DNA of 64,000 bases from a virus: positions 45,653-109,652 of IMG/VR virus record IMGVR_UViG_3300027754_000055; one strand, 5' to 3'. Made by a program: the position numbers and the translations under genes. Under the pieces are notes generated by a model that did not search any database, was not told where the DNA came from, and saw only the letters and a list, made by a program, of their open reading frames with translations. Below are positions 21,675 through 30,660 of this stretch, piece after piece (the first letter of the stretch is position 1; each line of letters starts with the position of its first letter).

Positions 21675-22067
21675 ATGACCATAACTGTAACGGCAAACGA
21701 TATACATATTAATTTACACAACAATTGCCATAAGTCAGTAAAGCCTGGGAAGCTTTATCAGCTTTTACGCCGAAGTCACACTTCAAAGCAAACAGAAGTA
21801 TGGGATGATAACATTGGAGTCGTCATGGAATATCAAAATATTAATTGTGAAATATTTGAAGGCATAAAGATATTATCTCTTGCCCCAGATGGAATTTTTA
21901 TGCTTATAGAAGCCACCACAACAGCAATTGGTATCCATTATGTTGATGACTACAAGGGTCCACTAGACCCAGTTTTTCATATTTTAGCGGCAGAAGGCCA
22001 GGGATGGTTAAGTTTTAGTCAATGCAATATTTGTGCGGAAGGTTTTTACTTAAGAGAAGTGAAGTAG
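21675..22067 (+). CDS. SH3-like 'GKLY...GW' paralogue
   Basis: KPGKLYQ ... HILAAEGQGWL. Confidence 0.6.
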   Translation: MTITVTANDIHINLHNNCHKSVKPGKLYQLLRRSHTSKQTEVWDDNIGVVMEYQNINCEIFEGIKILSLAPDGIFMLIEATTTAIGIHYVDDYKGPLDPVFHILAAEGQGWLSFSQCNICAEGFYLREVK

Positions 22068-22072
22068 TTGAA

Positions 22073-23701
22073 TCACTGTTCTTCTGCTTTTAGCAGCCCG
22101 AATTTTTCTGGGTCGAATCCATCTGGAAATATTGTATTTCTATTATAGATTGTTTCTCTAAATTTTGCATCCTTTAGATTTGCTCCTTTTAGGTTAGCAT
22201 TTTTAAAATAACAATGTTCTAGATTGGCATTTGTTAGATTGGCATTTTCTAAAATTGTATTATTGAAAATTATTACACTGAGATCAGCGTCTGAAAAGTT
22301 TGCGTCTTTAAAATTAGCTTTTGATACTATTGTATTTTTCATATCTGCGCTTGTGAAGTTAGAGTTTTTAAAATTACCATTCCAAAAAAATGCACCTTCT
22401 AGAATGGCTCCTTGGAAATTTGTATTTTCCATATTTGCGCCATCAAATTTTACATTTTTAAGGTTAGCATTTTTAAGGTTTACATTTTTGAAATCTATGA
22501 TATTTGATGCGTTAACAATTCTGCCTAAATATGTTCCTTCTAGGTCACAGTTATAGAATTTTGCACTGCCTAAATTTGCATCAGAGAAATTTGTGTTTTT
22601 TAAATTTACATTATCAAAACTAGCTCCATAGAGATAGGCAGAAGTAAAGTTTGCATTTTCGAAGTTGCTACTATTTATTTCGGCATTGCCAAGTGAGGTA
22701 TCTTTAAGCTGAGCAGATTGAAAATTTGAATCAATAATTTTTACTGAACTCATAGCACAGTAGTTTAATGTAGCATTTGAGAAATTTGTTTCTATAAATT
22801 TTGAATAATTGAATTCTATGTTAGATAGAATTTTACCACTGAAATTTTTATTAATAATTTTTGTATTATTGTAACTAATTTTTAAACTAGATACGGTATC
22901 CGTGTTAACGGGTTTTTGTATTATTTTTATTAGATCTACCGCCGTAGTATTAAAAAACACAGCTTGACATGGTTCAGATGTATGAATAATCTTAAGGCAA
23001 TCATCTATTACTCCATCGTATCCTAAGATTTTATTAAGAATTACGGACCACTTACCAGTTTGTCCACCGCCTCTAGCATCTGGCTCTATTGGTCGATAGG
23101 AAGCAAGAACTTTGCTGACATATTTGTCTCTTTTCTGTTGCTCTTCTGGAGATAATAGTTTTTTTGTTCTTGGCTGTTCATTGGCATCAGATGGTTCAGG
23201 TATATTGTATGCTTCAGTGATTAATGCCAATGATGGTTCTAAAGAAATTCGTCTGGTCACGTTCCAGATAAACCCAGATGGAGATTGTACTCTGGCATCC
23301 ATTTCCCAATCTTCTATTTCTTCATCATCTAATTTATATTTACTTTTAAGTTTATTCAGATCATCATAATATTGATCTTCAGTGTATGTTTTAAGATTTA
23401 GTATTCGAGCTTCTGGTTTTGGTTTTATGATTACTGCATATGGTCTTTCAATTGCAAAATCTCTCATTTTAGAAAAAACTAATGGATAAGCATAAAAACC
23501 TATAGGTGTGTCAAATTTATTTATTACATACAGAGCCATTCTAGGAACATGACTAAAATGAATGAAATATTCTTTTTTTGATTCATAATCATTCAACTCC
23601 TCTTTCCATCTTGGTAAGTTTTCTCCAATTTCTTTTTTATATTTTACCGCTTCCATTACGGTGAATTTAATGATTGATTTTAAATTTTTTATATTGCTCA
23701 T
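22073..23701 (-). CDS. pentapeptide-repeat protein with a putative ADP-ribosyltransferase-like N-terminal domain
   Basis: C-terminal A(N/D)(L/F)xx repeats are clear; N-terminal FIHFS..TPIGFYAYP..LGYDGVID..IIHTSEPCQAVFF resembles ART-fold domains (inferred). Confidence 0.75.
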   Translation of the reverse strand: MSNIKNLKSIIKFTVMEAVKYKKEIGENLPRWKEELNDYESKKEYFIHFSHVPRMALYVINKFDTPIGFYAYPLVFSKMRDFAIERPYAVIIKPKPEARILNLKTYTEDQYYDDLNKLKSKYKLDDEEIEDWEMDARVQSPSGFIWNVTRRISLEPSLALITEAYNIPEPSDANEQPRTKKLLSPEEQQKRDKYVSKVLASYRPIEPDARGGGQTGKWSVILNKILGYDGVIDDCLKIIHTSEPCQAVFFNTTAVDLIKIIQKPVNTDTVSSLKISYNNTKIINKNFSGKILSNIEFNYSKFIETNFSNATLNYCAMSSVKIIDSNFQSAQLKDTSLGNAEINSSNFENANFTSAYLYGASFDNVNLKNTNFSDANLGSAKFYNCDLEGTYLGRIVNASNIIDFKNVNLKNANLKNVKFDGANMENTNFQGAILEGAFFWNGNFKNSNFTSADMKNTIVSKANFKDANFSDADLSVIIFNNTILENANLTNANLEHCYFKNANLKGANLKDAKFRETIYNRNTIFPDGFDPEKFGLLKAEEQ

Positions 23702-23769
23702 GTTATGTTTAGTAAATATTATCTTTATTTTTAAAGTGAAATTTGATTAAATTATTTGTTATTATAATC

Positions 23770-24039
23770 ATGAAAAGATCACAAATTAAAATCGGTGGAT
23801 TATATCAGCCTACTACTGCTTGTAAGCTACACATTTGGAACACACAGCCATCATGGTTTGCTGAAGATATATCGGACAATAGTGAAATAATTTGCGTTAT
23901 TGATGATGATGATCATTTTATTGTTTTAGAGTTATTACCACCGACAGGTAATAAAAAATATATTGATGTGAAAGTTTTATCTAAAGAAGGGATAATAGGT
24001 TGGGTTTCCACTGATATATGTTTTATCAAAGAAGCATAA
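23770..24039 (+). CDS. SH3-like 'IGKLY...G.IGW' paralogue
   Basis: IKIGGLYQ ... VKVLSKEGIIGWV. Confidence 0.65.
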   Translation: MKRSQIKIGGLYQPTTACKLHIWNTQPSWFAEDISDNSEIICVIDDDDHFIVLELLPPTGNKKYIDVKVLSKEGIIGWVSTDICFIKEA

Positions 24040-24131
24040 AAACAAAAAGAGCTTGAAATGTTTTTCGGTCTGTGTTATGGTATAAGCTATAAGTGGATAG
24101 CAGTTAGCTACCCGTATCAAGGAGAAATTAT

Positions 24132-24350
24132 ATGGAACATCGTTTTAAAGATAAAGATTTTTCTGGCGCTTGCCTGATCAAAGCAGATATGCGTGGCAAG
24201 GATCTGACTGGAGCAAATTTCTATAATGCAAATTTACATGGGGCAGATTTTTCTCATGCCCACCTAAAAGGTGCCAATTTTATTGGTGCCAATATCCAAA
24301 ATGCTATTTTTTTTCATGCCGATCTAACTGATACGATTCTAGAGCGTTAA
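24132..24350 (+). CDS. small pentapeptide-repeat protein
   Basis: ADMRG/ANFYN/ANLHG/ADFSH repeats; AAGGAG RBS. Confidence 0.8.
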   Translation: MEHRFKDKDFSGACLIKADMRGKDLTGANFYNANLHGADFSHAHLKGANFIGANIQNAIFFHADLTDTILER

Positions 24351-24522
24351 TACTTCTTATTAAGAAGTATTGCAATATTTAGCCTTAAAGAAGGCTATGT
24401 TTTAGATTATGAATGGGATTACTATAATGATGATAGCAGAGGTAATTTTGCTCCCGTCATCTGTTCTTCCTGTGGCAGAAGAAGAATTTTTTCTTTAAAA
24501 GAATTTGAACAGGAGAATATTA

Positions 24523-24840
24523 ATGGATGAATTAAGATATGATCCCGTGGAAATTGATAACACAGGATATGTTCCGTATCCAGAAACCGTTTACGTAGAG
24601 TGCGAATGTAACTCACTTGAGCACGTGATACGGTTCTCGTATTGTAGAGAACATGATCCATCTGAAAACCGTATCTATATTCATCTTTTCTTAAAAAAAG
24701 ATCGTTTTATTAAGCGCTTAATGCATGGGTTGAAATATATATTCGGCCACACCTCAAAATTTGGTCATTTTGAAGAAACAATAATTACAAAAGATAAAGC
24801 GGTTGATATTATCAAGTTATTACAAAGATTAAATTCATGA
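24523..24840 (+). CDS. hypothetical protein (CECNSLEH motif)
   Basis: AGGAG RBS before the ATG at 24523. Confidence 0.65.
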   Translation: MDELRYDPVEIDNTGYVPYPETVYVECECNSLEHVIRFSYCREHDPSENRIYIHLFLKKDRFIKRLMHGLKYIFGHTSKFGHFEETIITKDKAVDIIKLLQRLNS

Positions 24841-25265
24841 AAACAATAGAAGGAGACTTGCTGGATATCGATGAAGGTTTGATATGTCACCAAGTCAATA
24901 TCTGTGGTGTTTTTAATGCTGGTCTTGCAAAGCAAATAAGAGATAAGTATCCAATCGTATTTGAATGTTACAACAAAAGATATAAATCAAATTTATGGAC
25001 ATTGGGAGATGTGCAGGCAGTAAAAGTTACAGGTGAACTAACTGTAGCAAACATTGCTGCCCAGGCAACTTATGGACGGAGTGGGCTGCACACAAATTAT
25101 GATGCTCTTAAGCAAGGATTTAAGAAGATTGCCGATAAGTTTAAAGGACAAATCTATATTCCAGAAAAAATAGGATGCGGTCTTGCTGGTGGTGACTGGG
25201 AAGTCGTTTTTGATATGATTGAAAAAGAATTACCACAAGCAATTATTATAAGAAAAATAGGTTAA
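24837..25265 (+). CDS. macrodomain protein (Poa1p-like ADP-ribose processing)
   Basis: IEGDLLD, ICHQVNICGVFNAGLAKQI, IPEKIGCGLAGGDW. Confidence 0.9.
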   Translation: MKTIEGDLLDIDEGLICHQVNICGVFNAGLAKQIRDKYPIVFECYNKRYKSNLWTLGDVQAVKVTGELTVANIAAQATYGRSGLHTNYDALKQGFKKIADKFKGQIYIPEKIGCGLAGGDWEVVFDMIEKELPQAIIIRKIG

Positions 25266-25269
25266 AATA

Positions 25270-25626
25270 ATGAGAACTATAATTGCAGGCTCAAGAGAGG
25301 CGTTTGAAAGTGATACCCTTGCTGGTATCAACTCATGCCCTTGGATGGCACAGATAAGCCTTGTGGTGTCAGGAACAGCACGTGGAGCAGACTACTGGGG
25401 AGAACGATGGGCAGAGGAAAATAAGATCCCAATCAAAAGGTATTATCCAGATTGGAATCGTCATGGAAAATCCGCTGGCCCTATAAGAAATCAAGAAATG
25501 GCTGAAAATGCCGATGCACTTATATGCATATGGGATGGAAATAGCAAAGGTAGCAAAAACATGATTGAAACAGCTAAAAAACAAGGAATCAAAATTCATA
25601 TTCACATGATTAATAAAAATGATTAA
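25270..25626 (+). CDS. SLOG-family (DUF2493/YspA-like) protein
   Basis: IIAGSR, VSGTARGAD, GKSAGPIRNQEMA, WDGNSKGSKNMI. Confidence 0.88.
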   Translation: MRTIIAGSREAFESDTLAGINSCPWMAQISLVVSGTARGADYWGERWAEENKIPIKRYYPDWNRHGKSAGPIRNQEMAENADALICIWDGNSKGSKNMIETAKKQGIKIHIHMINKND

Positions 25627-25900
25627 GCTAGAAATTGGAAAATTATATAAGATATCTTTTCTTCCTTGGCAAACCATACATGCACAAGTAATATCAATAT
25701 TTGAATCAAGCTCTGGTTACAAAAGAGTTGGTGATTTAGAGTTGCACCAATATTTTTTATTTTTAAAGGAATCAAAAATAGCAAACGACAAAATTATTTC
25801 TGATGATTGGTGCTGCATAAAAATTTTAACCAACACAGGAATCGTTGGACATATCTTTTTCGAGCAATCTAAGATAATAATCAAAAAATATGAACTATAA
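25619..25900 (+). CDS. SH3-like 'IGKLY' paralogue
   Basis: LEIGKLYK ... IKILTNTGIVGHI. Confidence 0.65.
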   Translation: MIKLEIGKLYKISFLPWQTIHAQVISIFESSSGYKRVGDLELHQYFLFLKESKIANDKIISDDWCCIKILTNTGIVGHIFFEQSKIIIKKYEL

Positions 25901-26492
25901 AACAATTACCGATGAAGAGTTAGAAACAAGGCTAAATAAATCAATGTCAAACCTTGACTTATCCAGTTTTAATCTTGCTGGTAAAAAATTCAAAGATGTA
26001 GTTCTGTGCCGTGCAAATTTTAATAACTGCAATCTAGAAGGATCAGTGTTTGAAAATGTAAATTTATCATTCTCTTCTTTTAAGAGCGCAAGTTTAAAAA
26101 AAACACAATTTATAAACTGTAATCTATTTCGTACAGATTTATCCTATTCGGATTTAACAGAATCTAAATCTAATTCAAGAATGTTTTCGGTAAATTTAAA
26201 ACGTGCAAATTTAATGAATTGTGATTTTAATGGATCTGATCTGGAAGATGCAAACTTTAGTTTTGCCCAAAACACAAAAAAGAAACCGCAAATAGGGAAA
26301 ATTTATAAACTACATAGAACATTCTGCTATAGGGTTAGTCCATACAGTTATAATATAATAAACGATGATTATGGAATGATCATTGAAGTTCATAAAAATA
26401 AAACATTCGACATGCTCTGTTCCGATAAAGTAATTAGAAATATTCCCATGTGGGCAAATTACTCTTTACTAGTAAATAAAGAAACAGAATAA
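25890..26492 (+). CDS. pentapeptide-repeat protein fused to a C-terminal 'IGKIY' module
   Basis: Pentapeptide repeats over about aa 20-125, then PQIGKIYK. Confidence 0.75.
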   Translation: MNYKTITDEELETRLNKSMSNLDLSSFNLAGKKFKDVVLCRANFNNCNLEGSVFENVNLSFSSFKSASLKKTQFINCNLFRTDLSYSDLTESKSNSRMFSVNLKRANLMNCDFNGSDLEDANFSFAQNTKKKPQIGKIYKLHRTFCYRVSPYSYNIINDDYGMIIEVHKNKTFDMLCSDKVIRNIPMWANYSLLVNKETE

Positions 26493-26504
26493 TCATTATA
26501 TCAA

Positions 26505-26681
26505 ATGGTTAAATTATACAAAGTTTTTCACTCAAACGTTTCAATACAAACCCTGGTTGCTATATTTGATAATCGAGTAATGGCGGAAGAATATATTAAG
26601 AAAAAAGGTGATCTTATTAAAGATGCCGAGAGAATTCTAATTGTTGATATAAGTCATATTCCACATAATCCAATAGCTTGA
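26505..26681 (+). CDS. hypothetical protein (58 aa, below the ORF-track cutoff)
   Basis: MVKLYKVFHSNVSIQTLVAIFDNRVMAEEYIK...; fills the gap between co-oriented genes. Confidence 0.55.
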   Translation: MVKLYKVFHSNVSIQTLVAIFDNRVMAEEYIKKKGDLIKDAERILIVDISHIPHNPIA

Positions 26682-26712
26682 CTACGCTAATCAAATAGTA
26701 TAGGCTCAGAAC

Positions 26713-27015
26713 ATGAATAAAAATTCAATATCTTACAAATGCTGGGTCCATTCTGACGCAGAAGCAAATGAAAAGCTTTCCCAATCATTGGTCGCAAATA
26801 ATGCAAGAGAAGCAGCAGAAAAATTTGCTGAGTTCCATGCGGATTTTAAAAATAAAAAATTTAGCACGATTAAGATTGCAGTCAAAGAATCGAATAACCA
26901 TTATGCAAATACGCTATATTATTTAGTTGATGTCGAAATTAAACCAGTTTTCAAAGCTAGTTTGTCTCTAGGGAAAGACGAGACACCAATTGATTATTAC
27001 TTTGGTGAATTCTAA
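26713..27015 (+). CDS. hypothetical protein, leaderless start
   Basis: TTGACT-N17-TAGGCT-N6-ATG. Confidence 0.65.
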   Translation: MNKNSISYKCWVHSDAEANEKLSQSLVANNAREAAEKFAEFHADFKNKKFSTIKIAVKESNNHYANTLYYLVDVEIKPVFKASLSLGKDETPIDYYFGEF

Positions 27016-27020
27016 ATCTT

Positions 27021-27287
27021 ATGCAAAATAATAAAAATACGCTCAAGGTCTGCGACCTAATTTTAGGAAAATTATATTTTTTAAACCATCATTCATTGAA
27101 CATATTCAAAAGCATGACTGTAGGAGATTATGAGATTATTGGTAGTTTAAGTGAACTTGAACCTTTTTTACTATTGGGTCTGTCAGAAGTTATTAGTGAT
27201 GATCGTTATTTTTCTTGCCGTATTTTGACAAAAACTGGCATTATAGGTTGGGTAGCTGTTACAATCAAGGAACTGCATTTTGCATAA
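27021..27287 (+). CDS. SH3-like 'GKLY...G.IGW' paralogue
   Basis: LILGKLYF ... RILTKTGIIGWV. Confidence 0.65.
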   Translation: MQNNKNTLKVCDLILGKLYFLNHHSLNIFKSMTVGDYEIIGSLSELEPFLLLGLSEVISDDRYFSCRILTKTGIIGWVAVTIKELHFA

Positions 27288-27299
27288 TATACTATTTAG

Positions 27300-27548
27300 A
27301 TGTCACGAGTATTTATGTTAAATATTGATGCAGTATACAAAGCAGTTGAAATCTTAAATAAAGAAGGCGATCTATCCGTTGAATACGTTGGATGTGATGG
27401 GGAATTGAAAAATCGATTCGTCGCTAAATCAAATGGCTACTCTTGTTTTGGCGCAACTGCACTAGAAGCAACACTGAAACTTTTCCGGGCAAGATACCCA
27501 AATATTGGATTAAATTTTTTTCATAAAAATGATGGCGGCTGGGTGTGA
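27300..27548 (+). CDS. hypothetical protein
   Basis: 82-aa ORF within a co-oriented cluster. Confidence 0.55.
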   Translation: MSRVFMLNIDAVYKAVEILNKEGDLSVEYVGCDGELKNRFVAKSNGYSCFGATALEATLKLFRARYPNIGLNFFHKNDGGWV

Positions 27549-27843
27549 ACCATCAACAATATATTTTGTGAAAAGAAAAGAAAAAATAAGAAATGGCAAA
27601 TTATATCTTTGCAAAAGCTCTTGGAATACATTGCCCATTACCAAAGACATCGAAAATGCCTACTCTTTATTTATAATTGAATCAATAATTGGATATATTA
27701 TACCAGAGCATATGTTTGCCATTCTAGAACATAGAAACCATACAAGAAATTCCGTAATATGCAAAGTCTTATCAGAAGATGGTATAATAGGTTGGTCAGT
27801 CTTTGATAAACAAGAACTAATATTAGTAAATCATCCTCAATAA
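27529..27843 (+). CDS. SH3-like 'GKLY...G.IGW' paralogue
   Basis: IRNGKLYL ... CKVLSEDGIIGWS. Confidence 0.65.
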   Translation: MMAAGCEPSTIYFVKRKEKIRNGKLYLCKSSWNTLPITKDIENAYSLFIIESIIGYIIPEHMFAILEHRNHTRNSVICKVLSEDGIIGWSVFDKQELILVNHPQ

Positions 27844-27977
27844 TTCAGTATTAAATATTCTATTTATTGATATAATCAAAATGGTTTTATTGATTGGAAA
27901 ATTGTACGAAATTAATGTTAAGAAATCATATTCATTCTATGCCTCAAAGAATAAATTTTTTGCATTTAGTCAATTAC

Positions 27978-29117
27978 TCACAGGACAAGCCTGTGAGCTT
28001 GTAAATCAGTTGCCCGATTCACGTCTGGGTGTTTGACTTCACCCTGTTCCAAAGTTTTATTTGGAAATAGTTGTTCGGAAATATAACGATCCCTTATATT
28101 AATTGCTGCATTTATATCCGAATTAATTAATAATTTACATCTTGAACAATTGTAAAGACCTTTGTTCCTTGCTTGCTTATCAATCATTCCGCAACAAGAG
28201 CAAATCTGTGAAGTAAATCTAGCATCTACGAAGTTTATCTTTACTCCACTTGCTTCTGCTTTATATTTTAAAAGCATTTCAAATTGTTTAAATCCCCAGT
28301 TTGAAACTACTTTATTTGATTTTTTGTTATATTTCTTGCTTTTTATTTTTGTTAAATTCTCTAAAACATAAATGGAAACATCAGGATCATTTGCTAGCTT
28401 TTTAGCTAGACAATGGAGAAAATTATTGCTAAACCGCTTCTCTTTTCCGCTTAATGCTTTTAATAGCCTTTTAGCAGAATGAGTGCCTTTTGCTTGTAAT
28501 TTACTTTTTAAATACAAATGTTTTCTTTTATTTTTTCTTAACGATTTACCAGAATACAATTCTCCTTCACTGGTTGCTATCGTATTTATAATTCCTCGAT
28601 CTAATCCAACAGTTTTACCTGCTGCTCTGTTTGAAGTTTCTTTATTCTCAAACAAAAAAGTAAAATATAATTCTTTCCCTTTCAAGGAAAGATATCCTGT
28701 CTTTAAAAGATTCCAACTTTTAAAATAATCTTTCGAATAATCAGATAATTTTATGATTGTTTTAATTCTTTTATTAACAGAAGAAATGGTTAATTGCTCT
28801 CCTCTTAAAGTAAAAGTTCTTTGATCATATCTTATCGAACTTGTTTGCTTCTTTTTGGGAATATGTTTCTTTCTTTTATTTTTACAAGACTCAAGAGCCA
28901 TGTCTCTTGCAGCTTGGATCAAAGCAGTTGGTAATTCGAAAGTTTCTTTTGCTTGGATATATGTTTCTTTGTGTGCTTTGAGCTTTGAGGTTGAATTATT
29001 TTGAATGCTCCAAGCAGAATAGAAATTAAAAACATTAGCGAATGTTTCCATTGTTTTTAATAATGTATTTTTATCATTCTCTGAAATGTTGAGTTTGATT
29101 TTAATAGCTCTTCGCAT
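27978..29117 (-). CDS. tnpB: RNA-guided endonuclease TnpB
   Basis: RuvC GLDRG / VLENL / NSDINAA and zinc finger CSCCG..CSRC; the ORF runs into the right-end hairpin. Confidence 0.92.
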   Translation of the reverse strand: MRRAIKIKLNISENDKNTLLKTMETFANVFNFYSAWSIQNNSTSKLKAHKETYIQAKETFELPTALIQAARDMALESCKNKRKKHIPKKKQTSSIRYDQRTFTLRGEQLTISSVNKRIKTIIKLSDYSKDYFKSWNLLKTGYLSLKGKELYFTFLFENKETSNRAAGKTVGLDRGIINTIATSEGELYSGKSLRKNKRKHLYLKSKLQAKGTHSAKRLLKALSGKEKRFSNNFLHCLAKKLANDPDVSIYVLENLTKIKSKKYNKKSNKVVSNWGFKQFEMLLKYKAEASGVKINFVDARFTSQICSCCGMIDKQARNKGLYNCSRCKLLINSDINAAINIRDRYISEQLFPNKTLEQGEVKHPDVNRATDLQAHRLVL

Positions 29118-29136
29118 ATTTATAAGTATTAGCAAC

Positions 29137-29547
29137 ATGGAAAAAACTACAAATAATCATACAACTCACATTCTTGGCTTTCATATTATTTTTTGTCCAA
29201 AATATAGAAGCATGCTTTCCGAAGGTCATTGTATTGCTTTGAGAAAATGTTTTTATGAAATAGCAGAAGAATATGATTGGAAAATAGAAAGTTTAGAAGT
29301 TGACTTGGATCATGTAAACTTATTTATCCAAGCGAACCCTACAGATAGTCCGGCTGATATTGCCAGAACATTTAAAAGCATATCAGCTATATTTTTATTT
29401 ACAAAATTTCCCAAATTAAAGGAAAGAAAGTTTTGGGGTTCTGGTCTATGGTCGAGAGGGACATATTATTCAACTGTTGGCAAGGTTGCAGAAGACGTTG
29501 TAAGGAATTATATTGAATCGCATTCATCTCACAGGACGAGCCTGTGA
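29137..29547 (+). CDS. tnpA: IS200-family Y1 transposase TnpA (HUH motif altered to HVN)
   Basis: FHIIFCPKYR, DHVNLFI, LWSRGTYYSTVG, catalytic YIE. Confidence 0.9.
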   Translation: MEKTTNNHTTHILGFHIIFCPKYRSMLSEGHCIALRKCFYEIAEEYDWKIESLEVDLDHVNLFIQANPTDSPADIARTFKSISAIFLFTKFPKLKERKFWGSGLWSRGTYYSTVGKVAEDVVRNYIESHSSHRTSL

Positions 29548-29760
29548 GTTTTCTGCTCATATCAATAAAAATCTAATCATTTTATTTGATAGCGGAACCA
29601 TTGGATTATATCTCGGTAGCACAAACGAACAAATTTTTGAAAGTGAAGAACCAGATCATATTTTTCTGATATCTGATAAAATTATTCATTTTTCATATTT
29701 TTTCCATGAGCATGTTAATTTCGTTCTTGTATCTGGACAAAATGTAAAAAATATTATCAT

Positions 29761-29789
29761 TTGACAACCGAAAAAAATCTATATAATAT
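29761..29789 (+). promoter_or_regulatory. sigma70-type early promoter (representative instance)
   Basis: TTGACA-N17-TAATAT ending 6 nt before the ATG. Confidence 0.65.
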
Positions 29790-29795
29790 CGTTAT

Positions 29796-30062
29796 ATGGA
29801 AAAATATATAACAGAATTTACAGAGCCTCATATCGAATCATTCCTAAGAAAAATGTATCATGAATTCTGGGACGAATGGCTCGGACAACTAATAATCGAA
29901 CTAGATCAACAAGGATTCGATATTACTCATTTCCCAAATGATGATTATACAAGAAATGTAAGAAACCCTCACGCAATCCGCATCGGAAGAACTATTGCAC
30001 TGGAAATGCAGCGCATGCAAGACAAAATTAAACAACTAGAAGAGAACCAAAATGGGCGTTAA
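29796..30062 (+). CDS. hypothetical protein, leaderless start
   Basis: TTGACA-N17-TAATAT-N6-ATG. Confidence 0.65.
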   Translation: MEKYITEFTEPHIESFLRKMYHEFWDEWLGQLIIELDQQGFDITHFPNDDYTRNVRNPHAIRIGRTIALEMQRMQDKIKQLEENQNGR

Positions 30063-30387
30063 ACCAACAACTAAAATTAAATTCGGAGCAATATACTCCA
30101 AACAAGAATTAACTGATGCAAATATTGATCCTACATACTATGAAAACAATAACTTTACCGTAAGCATCTCTCGAATAGACGATACCCATAAATATGTTTT
30201 ATGGGCCTCCAATAGCTTTGTCGATATTACAAATGGATATGATTATCAACAACCAATCCGGCCAATTCTTAAACTATATAAAACCGAAGAAGTACTGGAA
30301 TTCATTAAAGAAATCAATGACTTTGTCACCGAAACAAAGCTACCGCAAAAAACGCCAGAAGCATTGATTATTGTAGAATTTAATTAA
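30052..30387 (+). CDS. hypothetical protein
   Basis: 111-aa ORF overlapping the upstream gene. Confidence 0.6.
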   Translation: MGVKPTTKIKFGAIYSKQELTDANIDPTYYENNNFTVSISRIDDTHKYVLWASNSFVDITNGYDYQQPIRPILKLYKTEEVLEFIKEINDFVTETKLPQKTPEALIIVEFN

Positions 30388-30520
30388 TTCTTTGGCGTTG
30401 TGATGGCAGTCTCAAGATTCTGCACAGCAACCTTCAAAGGACCAATAGATTCCGCCGATGGGCCTTTGGAAGCCATCGTATCCACGACTTTTTTCAATTC
30501 ACCAAATTCGTTAAATCCAG

Positions 30521-30660
30521 GTGAACTACTCACAGGACAAGCCTGTGAGCTTCTAAAGAGTTTATCTCTAGAACTTTAAGCACTTCATCGGAAATTTCCA
30601 AGTTTGCACTTGGTTTTATATTTCCTCCATGCTCGTAATCGTTCGTTCCGAACGATCTAT
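30521..30660 (-). ncRNA. omega-RNA (reRNA) scaffold overlapping the tnpB 3' end
   Basis: Stacked hairpins (ATCGTTCG/CGAACGAT, CCAAGT/ACTTGG, right-end hairpin), conserved in the copy at 52936-53075; predicted guide CTGGATTTAACGAATTTGGT. Confidence 0.7.

Larger units (their letters stand above)
27969..29564 (-). mobile_element. IS200/IS605-family element (IS605 group, divergent tnpA/tnpB)
   Basis: Subterminal hairpins CACAGG-N5-CCTGTG at both ends; left target TTTAT; right end TTGAC; excision restores the interrupted ORF. Confidence 0.92.
27881..29764 (+). pseudogene. 'IGKLY' family gene interrupted by an IS605 element
   Basis: Joining 27881-27968 to 29565-29764 restores an open frame MVLLIGKLYEINVKK...FAF-N-KNLIILFDSG... 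Confidence 0.8.

Noticed and set aside
29513-29764. Independent 83-aa gene, and the similar peptides at 31764-31973 and 52791-52994
   Set aside because: Chimeric frames reading through IS ends (NRIH.TGRAC.FSAH); explained by the insertions
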